From Elusimicrobiota bacterium (GTDB taxonomy: Bacteria; Elusimicrobiota; Elusimicrobia; UBA1565; JACRDR01), in the NCBI GenBank assembly GCA_041694815.1, contig JBGFSC010000043.1, positions 1 to 38,972 on the forward strand: a stretch of DNA of 38,972 bases. Reading direction: 5' to 3'. Positions 18,314 through 31,251 of the stretch are shown piece after piece. The notes beneath the pieces were generated by a model. The model was not told the DNA's origin. It saw only the letters and a program-made list of their open reading frames with translations, and made no database searches. Both the position numbers and the translations under genes were made by a program. Numbering within the stretch: position 1 is the first letter of the stretch; each line of letters starts with the position of its first letter.

Positions 18314-19146
18314 CGTCCCTATTGGCCCTGCCGCTGCTAGCGGCCTTCTGCGGTGGAGCGCTGGGGGGGGTGCTGCCGCGAGCCTTCCCGTCCGCCGAGG
18401 AGTACTATCCCCCGTTGATCGCGGACCCGATGGAGCTTGGCTACGGGGGGCGCATCATCTATCCCGCTGGCGGCGGCCGGCTCGGCGAGGTCACGATTGG
18501 CGATTACGTAGGCATCGTGCGCTGGAAGCTGGGCGAGCGCTGGGCCGCCCAGGCCAATCTCGGCGGGGGTGCGATCGCGCGCTTCAACCTACTCACCGAG
18601 CGCAACGCGATGGACGTCGTCGACTTTACTTTCTCCATTCCCTTCGACATCGCCTTCGACGAGCGGCATGTGTGGCGTAACTCCTATTGGCATACCAGCT
18701 CCCATTTAGGAGACGATTACATCGCCCGGATGAACCCGGTGCTCATCAAGCGGGCCTTGGACGCATTCAAGAGCATGTATTCTTGGAAATTCAACGAGCA
18801 TTGGCGCCTTTACGGCGGCGGCTCCTTCGCCTTTAATGCCATCAACCTGCGCCGCAGGACGGCCTTGCAGGCGGGACTGGAGTTCATCAGCCCGCAGGTC
18901 ACGGAGGCGGGCGCCGGCCGACTCTTCCTCGCCCAGGACATGCAATGGTTCCAGCGCGTCGGCTGGTCGCCTTCCTACAACATACGCGGCGGGATACGCT
19001 TCTCCCAAAGCCAGCGAATCGCCGCGGCGAGCCTCTTCGCGGAATATTTCCACGGCCGCCGGTATTACCTGCAGTTCTACGAGGAGCGCGAAACCCACTG
19101 GGGATTTGGTATAAAATTCGAAATCGGCAACCCCACTCGTCTATGA
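18310..19146 (+). CDS. DUF1207-like exported/outer-membrane beta-rich protein
   Basis: Signal peptide; HTSSHLGDD motif; alternating aromatic beta strands; ATGA overlap. Confidence 0.65.
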   Translation: MTSLLALPLLAAFCGGALGGVLPRAFPSAEEYYPPLIADPMELGYGGRIIYPAGGGRLGEVTIGDYVGIVRWKLGERWAAQANLGGGAIARFNLLTERNAMDVVDFTFSIPFDIAFDERHVWRNSYWHTSSHLGDDYIARMNPVLIKRALDAFKSMYSWKFNEHWRLYGGGSFAFNAINLRRRTALQAGLEFISPQVTEAGAGRLFLAQDMQWFQRVGWSPSYNIRGGIRFSQSQRIAAASLFAEYFHGRRYYLQFYEERETHWGFGIKFEIGNPTRL

Positions 19147-20342
19147 AGAACGAGCCCGTGATCATCGCTGCCGTCCGTTCCCCGGTAGGAAAACTGGGAG
19201 GATCCTTGAGCTCGGTCCGGCCGGATGACCTGGCCGCGGAGGTGATCAAGGCCCTGCTCGCGAAGGCGTCGGTGGATCCCTCCGAGATATGCGATGTGTA
19301 TCTCGGCTGCGCCAATCAGGCTGGTGAGGATAACCGCAATGTCGCGCGCATGGCCGCGCTGCTGGCGGGATTGCCCCAGTCGGTGCCCGGCTGCACGGTC
19401 AACCGCCTTTGCGCCTCGGGCTTGGAGGCGGTCAACTGCGCTGCGCGGGCGATATTGGCCGGTGAAGGGGAGGTCTACATCGCCGGAGGCGTCGAAAGCA
19501 TGAGCCGCGCGCCGTGGGCCATCCCCAAACCCGAGACGGGCTACGCCTTCGGCAACCTGACGGCCTATGACACGGCTCTCGGCTGGCGTTTCCCCAACCC
19601 CCGGATGGCGAAGATGTTCCCGCTCGAGAGCATGGGCGAGACGGGAGAGAACGTCGCCGAGAAATACCGCATCGCCAGGCAGGACCAGGACGCCTTCGCC
19701 TTGGAGTCCCATCACCGGGCGGCCCAGGCTCAATCCTCCGTTTTCGCGCAAGAGATCGTCCCCGTTGCCGTGGCTCAACGCAAGGGGCCGCCCATCGAGG
19801 TTTCCCGCGACGAGGGCCCCCGGCCGGATACCAGCCTCGAGAAGCTGGCGGCGCTTGCACCCGCCTTCCGGAAGGGCGGGACGGTGACGGCGGGAAACAG
19901 CTCCTCGCTCAATGACGGGGCGGCGGCGTTGCTCGTCATGTCATCGGCCCGCGCGAAGGCCCTGGGGATCGAGCCCTTGGCCCGTTGGATGGGATCGGCC
20001 TCCGCCGGGGTGGACCCCACCGTGATGGGGATGGGCCCCGTCTTCTCGACCCGGAAGTTGCTTAGCCGCCTGGGGTTTAAAACAGAGGACATGGATTTGA
20101 TCGAGCTTAACGAGGCGTTCGCCTCGCAGAGCCTGGCCTGCATGCGCGAGCTCGGACTCTCGCGCGAGAAGGTCAACGTCAATGGGGGCGCGATCGCGCT
20201 CGGGCATCCCCTTGGCTGCAGCGGGGCCCGGCTGGCCGTCACCTTGATCCATGAAATGCGCCGGCGGGGAGCCCGCCGGGGCCTCGCCACGCTCTGCGTC
20301 GGGGTGGGACAGGGGCTTTCGACGGTGTTTGAGGCTCTTTAG
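19143..20342 (+). CDS. acetyl-CoA acyltransferase (PaaJ/PcaF-like thiolase)
   Basis: [41 protein letters not shown] overlap at 19143. Confidence 0.95.
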   Translation: MKNEPVIIAAVRSPVGKLGGSLSSVRPDDLAAEVIKALLAKASVDPSEICDVYLGCANQAGEDNRNVARMAALLAGLPQSVPGCTVNRLCASGLEAVNCAARAILAGEGEVYIAGGVESMSRAPWAIPKPETGYAFGNLTAYDTALGWRFPNPRMAKMFPLESMGETGENVAEKYRIARQDQDAFALESHHRAAQAQSSVFAQEIVPVAVAQRKGPPIEVSRDEGPRPDTSLEKLAALAPAFRKGGTVTAGNSSSLNDGAAALLVMSSARAKALGIEPLARWMGSASAGVDPTVMGMGPVFSTRKLLSRLGFKTEDMDLIELNEAFASQSLACMRELGLSREKVNVNGGAIALGHPLGCSGARLAVTLIHEMRRRGARRGLATLCVGVGQGLSTVFEAL

Positions 20343-20350
20343 TCACGAAA

Positions 20351-20380
20351 TTGACATGAGAAAAAGCATTTTGATAAAAT
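20351..20380 (+). promoter_or_regulatory. atp operon promoter
   Basis: TTGACA-18 nt-TAAAAT with extended TG. Confidence 0.65.
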
Positions 20381-20630
20381 GAATTTCAGTTGGCAGAGGC
20401 GAAAAGCCGCTGAAAACCGCGAGCAGCCTCCCGCCGGCCTGTTGGAAGTCGCTTTGTCGGCCGGCACGCAGCTCGTGGTTTCGGTTTTAGTAGGAGTTTT
20501 GGCCGGTCGCTGGTTGGACAGTCGCTTCGGCACCGCCCCCTGGCTGCTGCTGAGCGGCGCGTTTGCCGGAATATCTTTCGGGCTCTACAACCTCGTTCGC
20601 CAGTCCTACCGACTGCAACGGCGTCCGTAA
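20379..20630 (+). CDS. AtpZ/AtpI-family ATP synthase accessory protein
   Basis: G.WLD..FGT.PW two-TM signature; first gene of atp operon; start uncertain because ATG 20379 overlaps the -10 (next in-frame TTG 20442). Confidence 0.8.
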   Translation: MNFSWQRRKAAENREQPPAGLLEVALSAGTQLVVSVLVGVLAGRWLDSRFGTAPWLLLSGAFAGISFGLYNLVRQSYRLQRRP

Positions 20631-20631
20631 T

Positions 20632-21030
20632 TTGAAACGGGATGGTTGGTTCGCGCAGGCCGCGGTCGGGGCCCTGGAGGCCGGGGCGCTGGCGGTCCTG
20701 GTCGTCGCCGTGCTGCGGCGGTTTCCGGTGGACCCGCAGACGGTTCGCGGCGTCTCCGGCGGCCTTGGGACGGCGTGGGTCGCGACCACCGCGGGACTCT
20801 GCCTTCTGGCATTGGGCGCCCGCTCCTCGCCGAGGGTCTTTTGGTTTTGCTTCGGCGCGGGCATCGCCCTGAGGCTGGCGGCGCTGACGGCCCTGGCGGC
20901 CTATGTGTGGCATGGGCCATGGGAGGAGGCGGCCGCCTGGCTCGGCTCGTACGCGATCGGCGCGGCCGCGATGATGCTCTTGGAGTTTAGGCGCCTTGGT
21001 ATGAGGGACGCCTTGAGGACACGGGATTGA
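20632..21030 (+). CDS. AtpI-like four-TM membrane protein
   Basis: Hydrophobic, positioned between atpZ-like gene and atpB. Confidence 0.7.
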   Translation: MKRDGWFAQAAVGALEAGALAVLVVAVLRRFPVDPQTVRGVSGGLGTAWVATTAGLCLLALGARSSPRVFWFCFGAGIALRLAALTALAAYVWHGPWEEAAAWLGSYAIGAAAMMLLEFRRLGMRDALRTRD

Positions 21031-21788
21031 ACTTCGAAGCGATTTTAGCCCATCACCTTCTCGACCATCCTCTGCTGCCGTTGGCGGCCTGGGGCATTCA
21101 GCTCGGCGTGACCAAGCACGTGCTCATGATGTGGATCGTCTCAGCGGCGCTGCTTCTCATCTTCGGCACGGCGGTGCATGGGCGCGGCCGGGCCGCGGGA
21201 CTGCTCAAGACGGCCCTGGAGGCCGTCGTTTTGTTCATACGCGACGACATCGTCCATCCGATATTGGGGCACGCCACCCACGCCTACCTTCCCTATTTCC
21301 TGACGGTATTCTTCTTCGTGCTGCTCAGCAATCTCGCGGGCTTGGTGCCCTACGGCGCCACGGCGACCGGCAACATCTCGGTGACCGCCGCCCTCGCCCT
21401 GTGCACCTTCGGCATGATCCAGGTCGTCGGCGTGCGCGAGCAGGGGCTCGTCGCCTACGTCAAGCATATCGTCCCGGGCGGGCTGCCGGTGTACCTGGTC
21501 CCGCTGCTCTTCGTCATCGAGATACTAGGGCTCTTCGCCAAGTGCTTCGCCCTCTGCATCCGTCTTTTCGCCAACATGATCGCCGGGCATATCGTCGCCC
21601 TCGCCTTCCTGTCCTTGATCTTCATCTTCGCGACGATGAGCCCGTACGTGGGCTTGGCAGTGGCGCCCGTTTCCGTCGGCTTGGCCTTGTTCGTCAACTG
21701 CCTCGATTTGCTGGTGGCCTTGTTGCAGGCCTACATCTTCACGATGTTGACCGCCCTATTCGTGGGAGCCGCGGCGCACCCGCATTAG
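21027..21788 (+). CDS. atpB: ATP synthase Fo subunit a
   Basis: IRLFANMIAGH, LQAYIF. Confidence 0.97.
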   Translation: MNFEAILAHHLLDHPLLPLAAWGIQLGVTKHVLMMWIVSAALLLIFGTAVHGRGRAAGLLKTALEAVVLFIRDDIVHPILGHATHAYLPYFLTVFFFVLLSNLAGLVPYGATATGNISVTAALALCTFGMIQVVGVREQGLVAYVKHIVPGGLPVYLVPLLFVIEILGLFAKCFALCIRLFANMIAGHIVALAFLSLIFIFATMSPYVGLAVAPVSVGLALFVNCLDLLVALLQAYIFTMLTALFVGAAAHPH

Positions 21789-21849
21789 GGCGAGGTCGCA
21801 AACGGCGGACCATTGAGTCCAGCCGCAGAAAGTGAGGTTGGAGGAAGAC

Positions 21850-22137
21850 ATGGGGTATCTAGGACTGGCGTATCTGGGGGTTGCCGTCGGCGCGGGATTG
21901 TGCCTGGTCGGCGCGGCCTTCGGCATCGCCCGCCTGGCCAGCGCGGCGCTCGAGGGAGCGGCTCGGCAGCCGGAGGCGGCGGGATCGCTTCAGACGATGA
22001 TGATTATCCCGGCGGCCATGATCGAGGGCCTAGGGTTATTGGCGCTTGTCATCGCCTTCCTGGCCGTAGGAGCGCTCAACAAGGGCGTTCCGGCGGCGGG
22101 CGGAGCGGCCCCGACGGCCGCGACGGCGCAGCATTAA
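21850..22137 (+). CDS. atpE: ATP synthase Fo subunit c
   Basis: ARQPE loop, MIEG carboxylate; RBS GGAGG before ATG 21850. Confidence 0.96.
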   Translation: MGYLGLAYLGVAVGAGLCLVGAAFGIARLASAALEGAARQPEAAGSLQTMMIIPAAMIEGLGLLALVIAFLAVGALNKGVPAAGGAAPTAATAQH

Positions 22138-22147
22138 ATGAATCGTT

Positions 22148-22175
22148 GGGCCGGGGGGCGCGAGCCCTCCGGCCC
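22148..22175 (+). other. 12-bp GC hairpin with GNRA loop between atpE and atpF
   Basis: GGGCCGGGGGGC-GCGA-GCCCTCCGGCCC, no U-tract. Confidence 0.7.
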
Positions 22176-22190
22176 GAAGAGGCTTGAAAC

Positions 22191-22694
22191 ATGGATAAAT
22201 TGCTAAACCCGGAGCCCGGGCTCATGATATGGACCATCGTCACCTTCATTTCGATGGTGTTCCTGCTCAAGAAATTCGCCTGGGGGCCGCTGCTGCATTC
22301 GATCGAGGCGCGCGAGGAGAAGATGCGTTCCGAGCGGGAGGCCGCTGAGCAGGCGCGCGCCGAGGCGCAGCGAATTCAGGCCGATCTCGAGGCGAGGCTC
22401 GCCGACATCGACGCCAAGTCCCGCGAGATGCTCGCGGAGGCCGCCAAGCAAGCCGAGGCCCTTCGGGCCAGGCATTCCGCCGAGGCGAAGGAGGAAGCCG
22501 AGCGGCTTATGGCCAAGACCCGGGCCGGGCTCGAGGAGGAGAAGCGCCGCTTGACTGTGGAGCTGCGCCAGGAAGTGGCCTCCTTGTCCGTGGCCGCCGC
22601 GGAAAAGCTCGTGCGCAAGAGCGTCGACGCCGGGGTGCGCAAGACCGTGCTCGACCAATTCTTCGAGGAGCTGGGCAAGGCCGGCAAGAACTGA
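22191..22694 (+). CDS. atpF: ATP synthase Fo subunit b
   Basis: N-terminal TM, KFAWGP, coiled coil. Confidence 0.95.
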   Translation: MDKLLNPEPGLMIWTIVTFISMVFLLKKFAWGPLLHSIEAREEKMRSEREAAEQARAEAQRIQADLEARLADIDAKSREMLAEAAKQAEALRARHSAEAKEEAERLMAKTRAGLEEEKRRLTVELRQEVASLSVAAAEKLVRKSVDAGVRKTVLDQFFEELGKAGKN

Positions 22695-23230
22695 TGCAAT
22701 CCTCCGACCGCGTGCTGGCCAAGCGCTACGCCCAGGCCCTGTTCCTGTCGGCGAGCGATGACAAGAATGGCGCCGACGCGCTCAAGCAACAGCTGGGGGA
22801 GGCCTTCAAGGCCTTGTCGCCCGATCTACAGGTGCTCAAGAGCCCGACCTTGGGCGCGGCCGCCAAGAAAAGTCTCTTGCGTAAGAAGATCGGCTCCGCA
22901 CCCCCCAAGATATTCCATTTCATGGAGTTGCTTATCGACAAAAAGCGCGTGGCGCTTTTGCCGCTCATCACCTCGGACTTGGCCCGTATTGTCGATGAGA
23001 ACGCCGGGCGCGTACGCGCGCAGGTGCGATCGGCGGCGGAGCTGGGAGCCGAGGATTACAAGACCCTTACGCGGAAGCTCGAAAAATTTTCAGGCAAGGA
23101 AGTGGCGGCGGAGGTTAAGGTAGACCCGTCGCTTTTAGGCGGAGTGGTGGTGCGTATGGGGGATTACGTTCTAGACGGCAGTCTCCTTGGAAAATTGAGG
23201 CAATTGGCCACCCGGTTGGCCGAGGAATAG
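22694..23230 (+). CDS. atpH: ATP synthase F1 subunit delta
   Basis: [19 protein letters not shown]. Confidence 0.95.
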   Translation: MQSSDRVLAKRYAQALFLSASDDKNGADALKQQLGEAFKALSPDLQVLKSPTLGAAAKKSLLRKKIGSAPPKIFHFMELLIDKKRVALLPLITSDLARIVDENAGRVRAQVRSAAELGAEDYKTLTRKLEKFSGKEVAAEVKVDPSLLGGVVVRMGDYVLDGSLLGKLRQLATRLAEE

Positions 23231-23234
23231 ATTC

Positions 23235-24745
<1,511 letters not shown>

Positions 24746-24749
<4 letters not shown>

Positions 24750-25195
24750 AGGCGCTTTTAGGCGCCCTGATCCTGGCCTCCGCGCCCGGCCGCGCCCAAA
24801 ACGCGCCGGCCGCCGTGGCGGTGCAGGCGCCGCAGGCCCAGCTCATCAACCTGAGCCTCATGGAGGCACTGGTCGCCCTGGACGCCCAGGATTTGGCCGG
24901 CATTTTCGGCTTCGTTCCGGAGGCCAGCGCCTCCGTCGCCCTAGCGGATTACTTGATGCATAACCGAACCGCCCTCAAGAAATTCGTGAGGAAGGGGGAG
25001 AAGGACCTCAAGGCCCTGGGGGGGGTCAACGCCTGGGACCGCCTGGTCTTCATGCACATTATGCAGATGAACAACTCCCCGCTTCCCCCGGGAATAGAAA
25101 GACTGCCGGCCAAGATGGAATATAAGGTGTCGACCCTGGTGCTGGCTCCCCCCTTGACGCTCGAGGAAATCAACGGGCGCAGGCGGGGGTCATGA
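24746..25195 (+). CDS. secreted hypothetical protein inside atp operon
   Basis: ATGA overlap with atpA stop; signal peptide [17 protein letters not shown]. Confidence 0.75.
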
Positions 25196-26145
25196 GGGCT
25201 CTCGTTACCGGTGGCGCCGGCTTCATCGGCTCCAACCTGGCCCTGGAGCTTCAAGCCCAGGGGCACGAGGTCGTCGTGCTCGATGATTTCAGCACCGGCC
25301 ATTTCGAGAACCTCAAGGGCTTTTCCGGGGACGTCGTGGCGGCGGACGTCTTCCGCGCGCAGGAATGGATACTGCGCGTCGGGGCCGTCGATGCCATCTT
25401 CCATCAGGCGGCCATCACCGACACGACCTGCGCGGACCAGCGGCGCATGCTCGAGGTCAACGTGGAGGGCACCCGGAACGTTCTCGACTTCGCCGTCGAG
25501 TCCGGCGCCAAGAGCGTCGTCTACGCCTCCTCGGCCGGGATCTACGGCTGCGGGAGCACCCCGATGCGCGAGGGCCAGAAACCGGACCCGCGCAACGTCT
25601 ACGCCTTTTCCAAGAACGTGATGGAGCAGGTGGCCAAGGGCTTCGCGCGGGACAACCCGGACATCGCGGTGACGGGCCTGCGCTATTTCAACGTGTACGG
25701 CCCGGGAGAATCCTTTAAGAAAAATGCCGCGAGCATGATTTGGCAGCTCTCGGGCCAGATGATCGCCGGCCGCTCCCCGCGGATATTCAAATGGGGTGAG
25801 CAGTTCCGCGATTTCATCTTCGTCGGAGACGTCGTAGCCGCCAACCTAAAGGCCTTGGAGTCGCGCGCCAGCGGTTGTTTCAACGTCTGCACGGGCAAGC
25901 CCGCGACGTTCAATCGCGTCATCGAGATATTGGGCGAGGTGCTCGGCACCTCGCTCAAGACCGAATACTTCGACAACCCCTATTCCTTCTACCAGAGCGA
26001 GACGCTCGGCGACCCCGCGCTGGCCTCCGAGAAGCTGGGGTTCTCGGCTCGCTTCTCCATCGAGGAGGGCATCCGCCGCTACCTGGGTGGCGGTAAGGCG
26101 CAGGGGCAGACGGAGCTCGACCGGACGGTGACGCTCAAGAGGTGA
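25192..26145 (+). CDS. hldD: ADP-L-glycero-D-manno-heptose 6-epimerase-like NAD-dependent epimerase
   Basis: GGAGFIGSN, YASSA, NVYAFSK, GLRYFNVYGP.E..K...ASM, GEQ.RDF. Confidence 0.82.
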   Translation: MRALVTGGAGFIGSNLALELQAQGHEVVVLDDFSTGHFENLKGFSGDVVAADVFRAQEWILRVGAVDAIFHQAAITDTTCADQRRMLEVNVEGTRNVLDFAVESGAKSVVYASSAGIYGCGSTPMREGQKPDPRNVYAFSKNVMEQVAKGFARDNPDIAVTGLRYFNVYGPGESFKKNAASMIWQLSGQMIAGRSPRIFKWGEQFRDFIFVGDVVAANLKALESRASGCFNVCTGKPATFNRVIEILGEVLGTSLKTEYFDNPYSFYQSETLGDPALASEKLGFSARFSIEEGIRRYLGGGKAQGQTELDRTVTLKR

Positions 26146-26146
26146 C

Positions 26147-27040
26147 ATGGCATCCCTGCGAGAGATACGGCGCAAGATCAAGTCGGTGAAATCGACGCAG
26201 CAGATCACCAAGGCCATGAAGATGGTCGCCGCGGCGCGCATGCGGCGCGCCCAAGGGTCCATCCTAGCCTCCCGGCCATTCGCGCTCAAGCTCGAGCAGG
26301 CCGTCTCCCAGCTCTCGCGGGCCCAAGCCGCCACGGAGGCCGAGGGGGCGAGCGCTGCCTACGCGGCCTTTTTTACGCCGCGCTCCCAGGGAAGACCATG
26401 CCTGGTCTTGGTCACGTCGGATAAGGGCCTGTGCGGGGCCTTCAACACGAACCTCATTCGCGCGGCCATCGACTGGCTTCGCAGGCAGAAGGGAGCGCCG
26501 ATTTCCATGGCGGTGGTTGGCAAGAAGGGCCGCGATTTCATCCACCGCCTGCGGGATTCCCACCCTCGGCTGTTGGCCGAGCTCAGCGGGATATTCCCCA
26601 AGGTCAGCTTCGCTCACGCCGAGCTCTTGGGCAAGCCCCTACTCGATGCCTATCTTACCGGGGAGATCTCTTCCGTATCGGTGATCTACAACGAGTTCAA
26701 ATCCGTGGCTTCGCAGAAGGTCGTTGAATACCCTCTGCTGCCAGTGGCGCCCCCCGCGGCGGCGGGTCAGGAGGCCTCCGTTGAGTTTCTTTTCGAGCCC
26801 AGGCGCGAGGAGCTGCTGGCCGCGCTCCTGCCGCGGGCTTTCAAGGCCCAGCTCTATAGGATACTGCTCGAGTCGCAGGCGGCCGAGCTCGCCGCCCGCA
26901 TGAACGCGATGGATTCCGCCTCCAAGAACGCCGGCGAACTCATCGGTTCGCTGACGCTCGGGCTTAACCGCACGCGCCAGGGAATCATCACCCGCGAGAT
27001 AGCGGAATTAGTGGGCGGAGCGGAGGCGTTGGCGTCGTGA
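26147..27040 (+). CDS. atpG: ATP synthase F1 subunit gamma
   Basis: QITKAMKMVAA, SDKGLCG.FN, ARM.AM, RQ..IT.EI.E. Confidence 0.98.
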   Translation: MASLREIRRKIKSVKSTQQITKAMKMVAAARMRRAQGSILASRPFALKLEQAVSQLSRAQAATEAEGASAAYAAFFTPRSQGRPCLVLVTSDKGLCGAFNTNLIRAAIDWLRRQKGAPISMAVVGKKGRDFIHRLRDSHPRLLAELSGIFPKVSFAHAELLGKPLLDAYLTGEISSVSVIYNEFKSVASQKVVEYPLLPVAPPAAAGQEASVEFLFEPRREELLAALLPRAFKAQLYRILLESQAAELAARMNAMDSASKNAGELIGSLTLGLNRTRQGIITREIAELVGGAEALAS

Positions 27041-27052
27041 ACGGCGGCTTTT

Positions 27053-27095
27053 ACGCGCTTTGGGCGCGTGACTTGCCGCGCGAAGCGCGGCAAGT
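27053..27095. repeat. tandem GC palindromes in atpG-atpD spacer
   Basis: ACGCGC-TTTGG-GCGCGT then perfect ACTTGCCGCGC-GAA-GCGCGGCAAGT (27071-27095). Confidence 0.65.
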
Positions 27096-27106
27096 TCGAG
27101 GTTTAG

Positions 27107-28570
<1,464 letters not shown>

Positions 28571-28571
28571 G

Positions 28572-29015
28572 ATGCCCAAGGAATTGACGCTGGAGCTGGT
28601 CACGCCGGAAAAGGTCGCCTTGCGGGCGACGGCCGACTTCGTCGTGCTGCCCGCCTATGAGGGGGAGATGGGAGTGCTGCCCGGGCATATCCCTTTCTTG
28701 GCGATGCTTAAGCCGGGAGAGGTCCGGGTCCGCCGCGGCGAGGAACTCCAGAGCTTCGCGGTGGCGGGCGGGTTCGCCGAGATACAGGGCGATAAGGTCT
28801 CGATCTTCGCCGAGACGGCCGAGATGGCGGGCGAGATCGACATGGAACGGGCCCGTCAGTCCCTCGAGCGCGCCAAGGCGGAGCGCCTTCGCCGCGACAT
28901 AGACCCCATCACGCTGGCCGCGGCCGAGGCCGCCATGCGCCGCGCCCAAGTGCGCCTGCGCGTCGCCGAGCTCAAGGGCCGGCGGCACCGCCCGCAAGGC
29001 CCGGAGCACCGGTAG
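28572..29015 (+). CDS. atpC: ATP synthase F1 subunit epsilon
   Basis: LVTPE, GEMGVLPGH.P, GGFAEI. Confidence 0.96.
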   Translation: MPKELTLELVTPEKVALRATADFVVLPAYEGEMGVLPGHIPFLAMLKPGEVRVRRGEELQSFAVAGGFAEIQGDKVSIFAETAEMAGEIDMERARQSLERAKAERLRRDIDPITLAAAEAAMRRAQVRLRVAELKGRRHRPQGPEHR

Positions 29016-29020
29016 CCTCC

Positions 29021-29569
29021 ATGGCGGCGGCCGCTCTGCTCTCGCCTCTGCTGGCTCTCGCCTGCTTCGCCCAGACGGAGACAGGCTATTGGACGCGGGT
29101 GTACCCCCCGCCGGCCTATTTCGAGATTTGGCACCTGAGCCTCAAGGTGCCGGACCTTAAGAAGGCGATGGCCAAGTCTCTTTCCATCGTCGCCAAGCGC
29201 GGCGGAAGCGCGGTGGTGGAGACGGAGAACATGGCGTCCAGCCGCGCGGCGAAATACCAGCAGCTTTCCTTTCGCATCCCCGTCAAGAACGCCGCCAAAG
29301 CGCTGCGCTCGCTGCAGGACCTCGGGGCGGTGCAGGCGCTCCACAAGAATCCGGGCTTCGATCCCGGCCTCTACGACGACATTCCCCAGAAGCTGGCGAC
29401 GCTACGCGAGGAGTCTAACGCCGTCCCGCTCGACCAAGCGCCGGGGATCAAGGCGTTGACGGCTGAGTTCATCGCCCATCTCGAGGACGTTTCCCGCAAG
29501 AGGAAGGAAGCCGTCGGCCGGATACTGCTCAATTTGGAGCTGCGTGAGGCAGAAAGGGATAACCCATAA
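29021..29569 (+). CDS. secreted hypothetical protein (possibly DUF4349-like)
   Basis: Signal peptide; LSLKVPD...GG....LSFRIP...LG.V pattern. Confidence 0.6.
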   Translation: MAAAALLSPLLALACFAQTETGYWTRVYPPPAYFEIWHLSLKVPDLKKAMAKSLSIVAKRGGSAVVETENMASSRAAKYQQLSFRIPVKNAAKALRSLQDLGAVQALHKNPGFDPGLYDDIPQKLATLREESNAVPLDQAPGIKALTAEFIAHLEDVSRKRKEAVGRILLNLELREAERDNP

Positions 29570-30536
29570 AAAGAGGTTCGCCTTCGTTTCTTGTTTTGCC
29601 CTGGCGGGCTGCCTGGCGCAAAAGGTGCCTCCCCCCAGGCCGGTGCGCGCCGTTCCCGCTTCCTTCATAGAATCCTCGATCACGCGGCGAAAAGCGAGCA
29701 GCGTGACGATGCGGGTGTTCAATACCGGGCGTATACATACCCGCGGCGGGGCGGTCTCCTCCATTAAGAGTTGGAGCGCCAAGGTACGCCTTGACGTTCC
29801 GGTGTTCCTCATCGAGCACCCCGAAGGCCCGGTGCTCTTTGACTCGGGATTGGACGGCGAGACCGCGGCGAAAATGCACGCCGGCTGGCTGGCGCGCAAG
29901 ATCGCGAGCTTCGAATCCTCGTCCGGGCAGGACGCCGCGAGCCAGCTTGCGGCCGCTGGGGTGGCGCCCGAAAGCGTGCGCTGGGTCGTGCTTTCCCACG
30001 CCCATCCGGACCATATGTCCGGCCTGGCGCGCTACCCGAACGCGACCGTGGTCGTCTCAAGGCGCGAGTGGGAGCGCGCCAAGGAGGCTTCCTCATCCAC
30101 GCCTCCGGCCAAACGCCGCGTCGACCCCCAGGCCCTTGAGTCCCGGATCAAGCTGAGGCTGCTCGACTTCGACGATCAGCCGCCGTACGGCGCCTTCGAT
30201 CACGCCGTCGACCTTTTCTCGGACGGCTCCATCTTCCTTGTCCCGCTGCCGGGGCATACGTCGGGATCGATCGGGGCCTGGGTGAATTTAGACGGGGGTC
30301 CGGCGCTCCTGGCCGGAGACGCGGCCTGGGTGATCGATAATTATTTGGATTTGGCCTTCCCGCATGAGCGCGCAATGGAGGACCCCGTAGCCTACCGGCA
30401 CAGCATCGACACCATGCGCGCGATGCAGCGGGTCGTGCCTCGGCTGGTGATCTTTCCAGGACATGACCTGACGCCGCTGGCCTTAAGCGGTCGCCAGGAT
30501 ATCCCGGTGGCCCCCTTCGCGGCATCCCCTAAATAA
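29544..30536 (+). CDS. MBL-fold N-acyl-homoserine lactonase-family lipoprotein
   Basis: Lipobox LAGC; SHAHPDH, PGHT, AGDA, PGHD. Confidence 0.85.
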   Translation: MRQKGITHKKRFAFVSCFALAGCLAQKVPPPRPVRAVPASFIESSITRRKASSVTMRVFNTGRIHTRGGAVSSIKSWSAKVRLDVPVFLIEHPEGPVLFDSGLDGETAAKMHAGWLARKIASFESSSGQDAASQLAAAGVAPESVRWVVLSHAHPDHMSGLARYPNATVVVSRREWERAKEASSSTPPAKRRVDPQALESRIKLRLLDFDDQPPYGAFDHAVDLFSDGSIFLVPLPGHTSGSIGAWVNLDGGPALLAGDAAWVIDNYLDLAFPHERAMEDPVAYRHSIDTMRAMQRVVPRLVIFPGHDLTPLALSGRQDIPVAPFAASPK

Positions 30537-30556
30537 TTTAGGTTCGGTCCCTTCTC

Positions 30557-30600
30557 TTGACACGTCTAATTTTTTGCTTTATACTAGAACTTAGTCTAGT
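30557..30600 (+). promoter_or_regulatory. vapBC promoter with operator palindrome
   Basis: TTGACA-17 nt-TATACT; ACTAGA-ACTTAG-TCTAGT (30583-30600) overlapping -10/+1. Confidence 0.75.
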
Positions 30601-30619
30601 CTGGTCATTAGGGGGCCTC

Positions 30620-30847
30620 ATGACCGTCAACGTTTACGCCGCGAAAACCCAACTTTCCCGCCTCATCGACGAGGCGGCTGCCGGCAAGGAGATTATCATC
30701 GCAAGGGCCGGTAGGCCCGTCGCCAAACTTGTCCCATTGCACGGGAAAAAGCGCCGGCTGGGAATCCTTCAGGGAAAGCTAGCCGTGCCGGCGAACTTCG
30801 ATGCGCCCCTGCCTGACAAAACGTTGGCATTATTCGAGAAGAGCTGA
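30620..30847 (+). CDS. vapB: Phd/YefM-family antitoxin
   Basis: VNVYAAKTQLSRLI..A..G.EIII.RAGRPVAKLVP. Confidence 0.92.
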   Translation: MTVNVYAAKTQLSRLIDEAAAGKEIIIARAGRPVAKLVPLHGKKRRLGILQGKLAVPANFDAPLPDKTLALFEKS

Positions 30848-31251
30848 TGCGGGTCCTGTTGGACACGCATATCTTGCTCTGGGCGCTGGCTGAACCTCGT
30901 AAGCTGCCCAAGGAGGCGCGAGCCCTCATCGAGGATCCCGCAGCTGAAATCTTATTTAGCGCAGCCAGCATTTGGGAAATCGCGATCAAATCCCAGATTG
31001 GAAGAATCTCTTTAAAAATACCTCCTAGTAAAATAGCTGAGGCTGCCGCCGATAGCGGTTTTCTGGAGTTGCCCGTCCGTTCGTCTGCCGCCGGTTTGGT
31101 CGCGGAATTGCCGCTGCATCATCGCGACCCATTCGATCGGCTATTGATGACCCAGGCCCTGTCGGAGCCCGCGGTGTTTTGTACGGCTGACAAAGGCCTC
31201 GCCTCGTACTCAAATTTGGTCAAATTCAGCTTTTTTGCTCCGCCACTTTGA
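30847..31251 (+). CDS. vapC: PIN-domain toxin
   Basis: LLDTH, SAASIWE, HRDPFDR, TAD; TGATG coupling to antitoxin. Confidence 0.95.
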   Translation: MRVLLDTHILLWALAEPRKLPKEARALIEDPAAEILFSAASIWEIAIKSQIGRISLKIPPSKIAEAAADSGFLELPVRSSAAGLVAELPLHHRDPFDRLLMTQALSEPAVFCTADKGLASYSNLVKFSFFAPPL

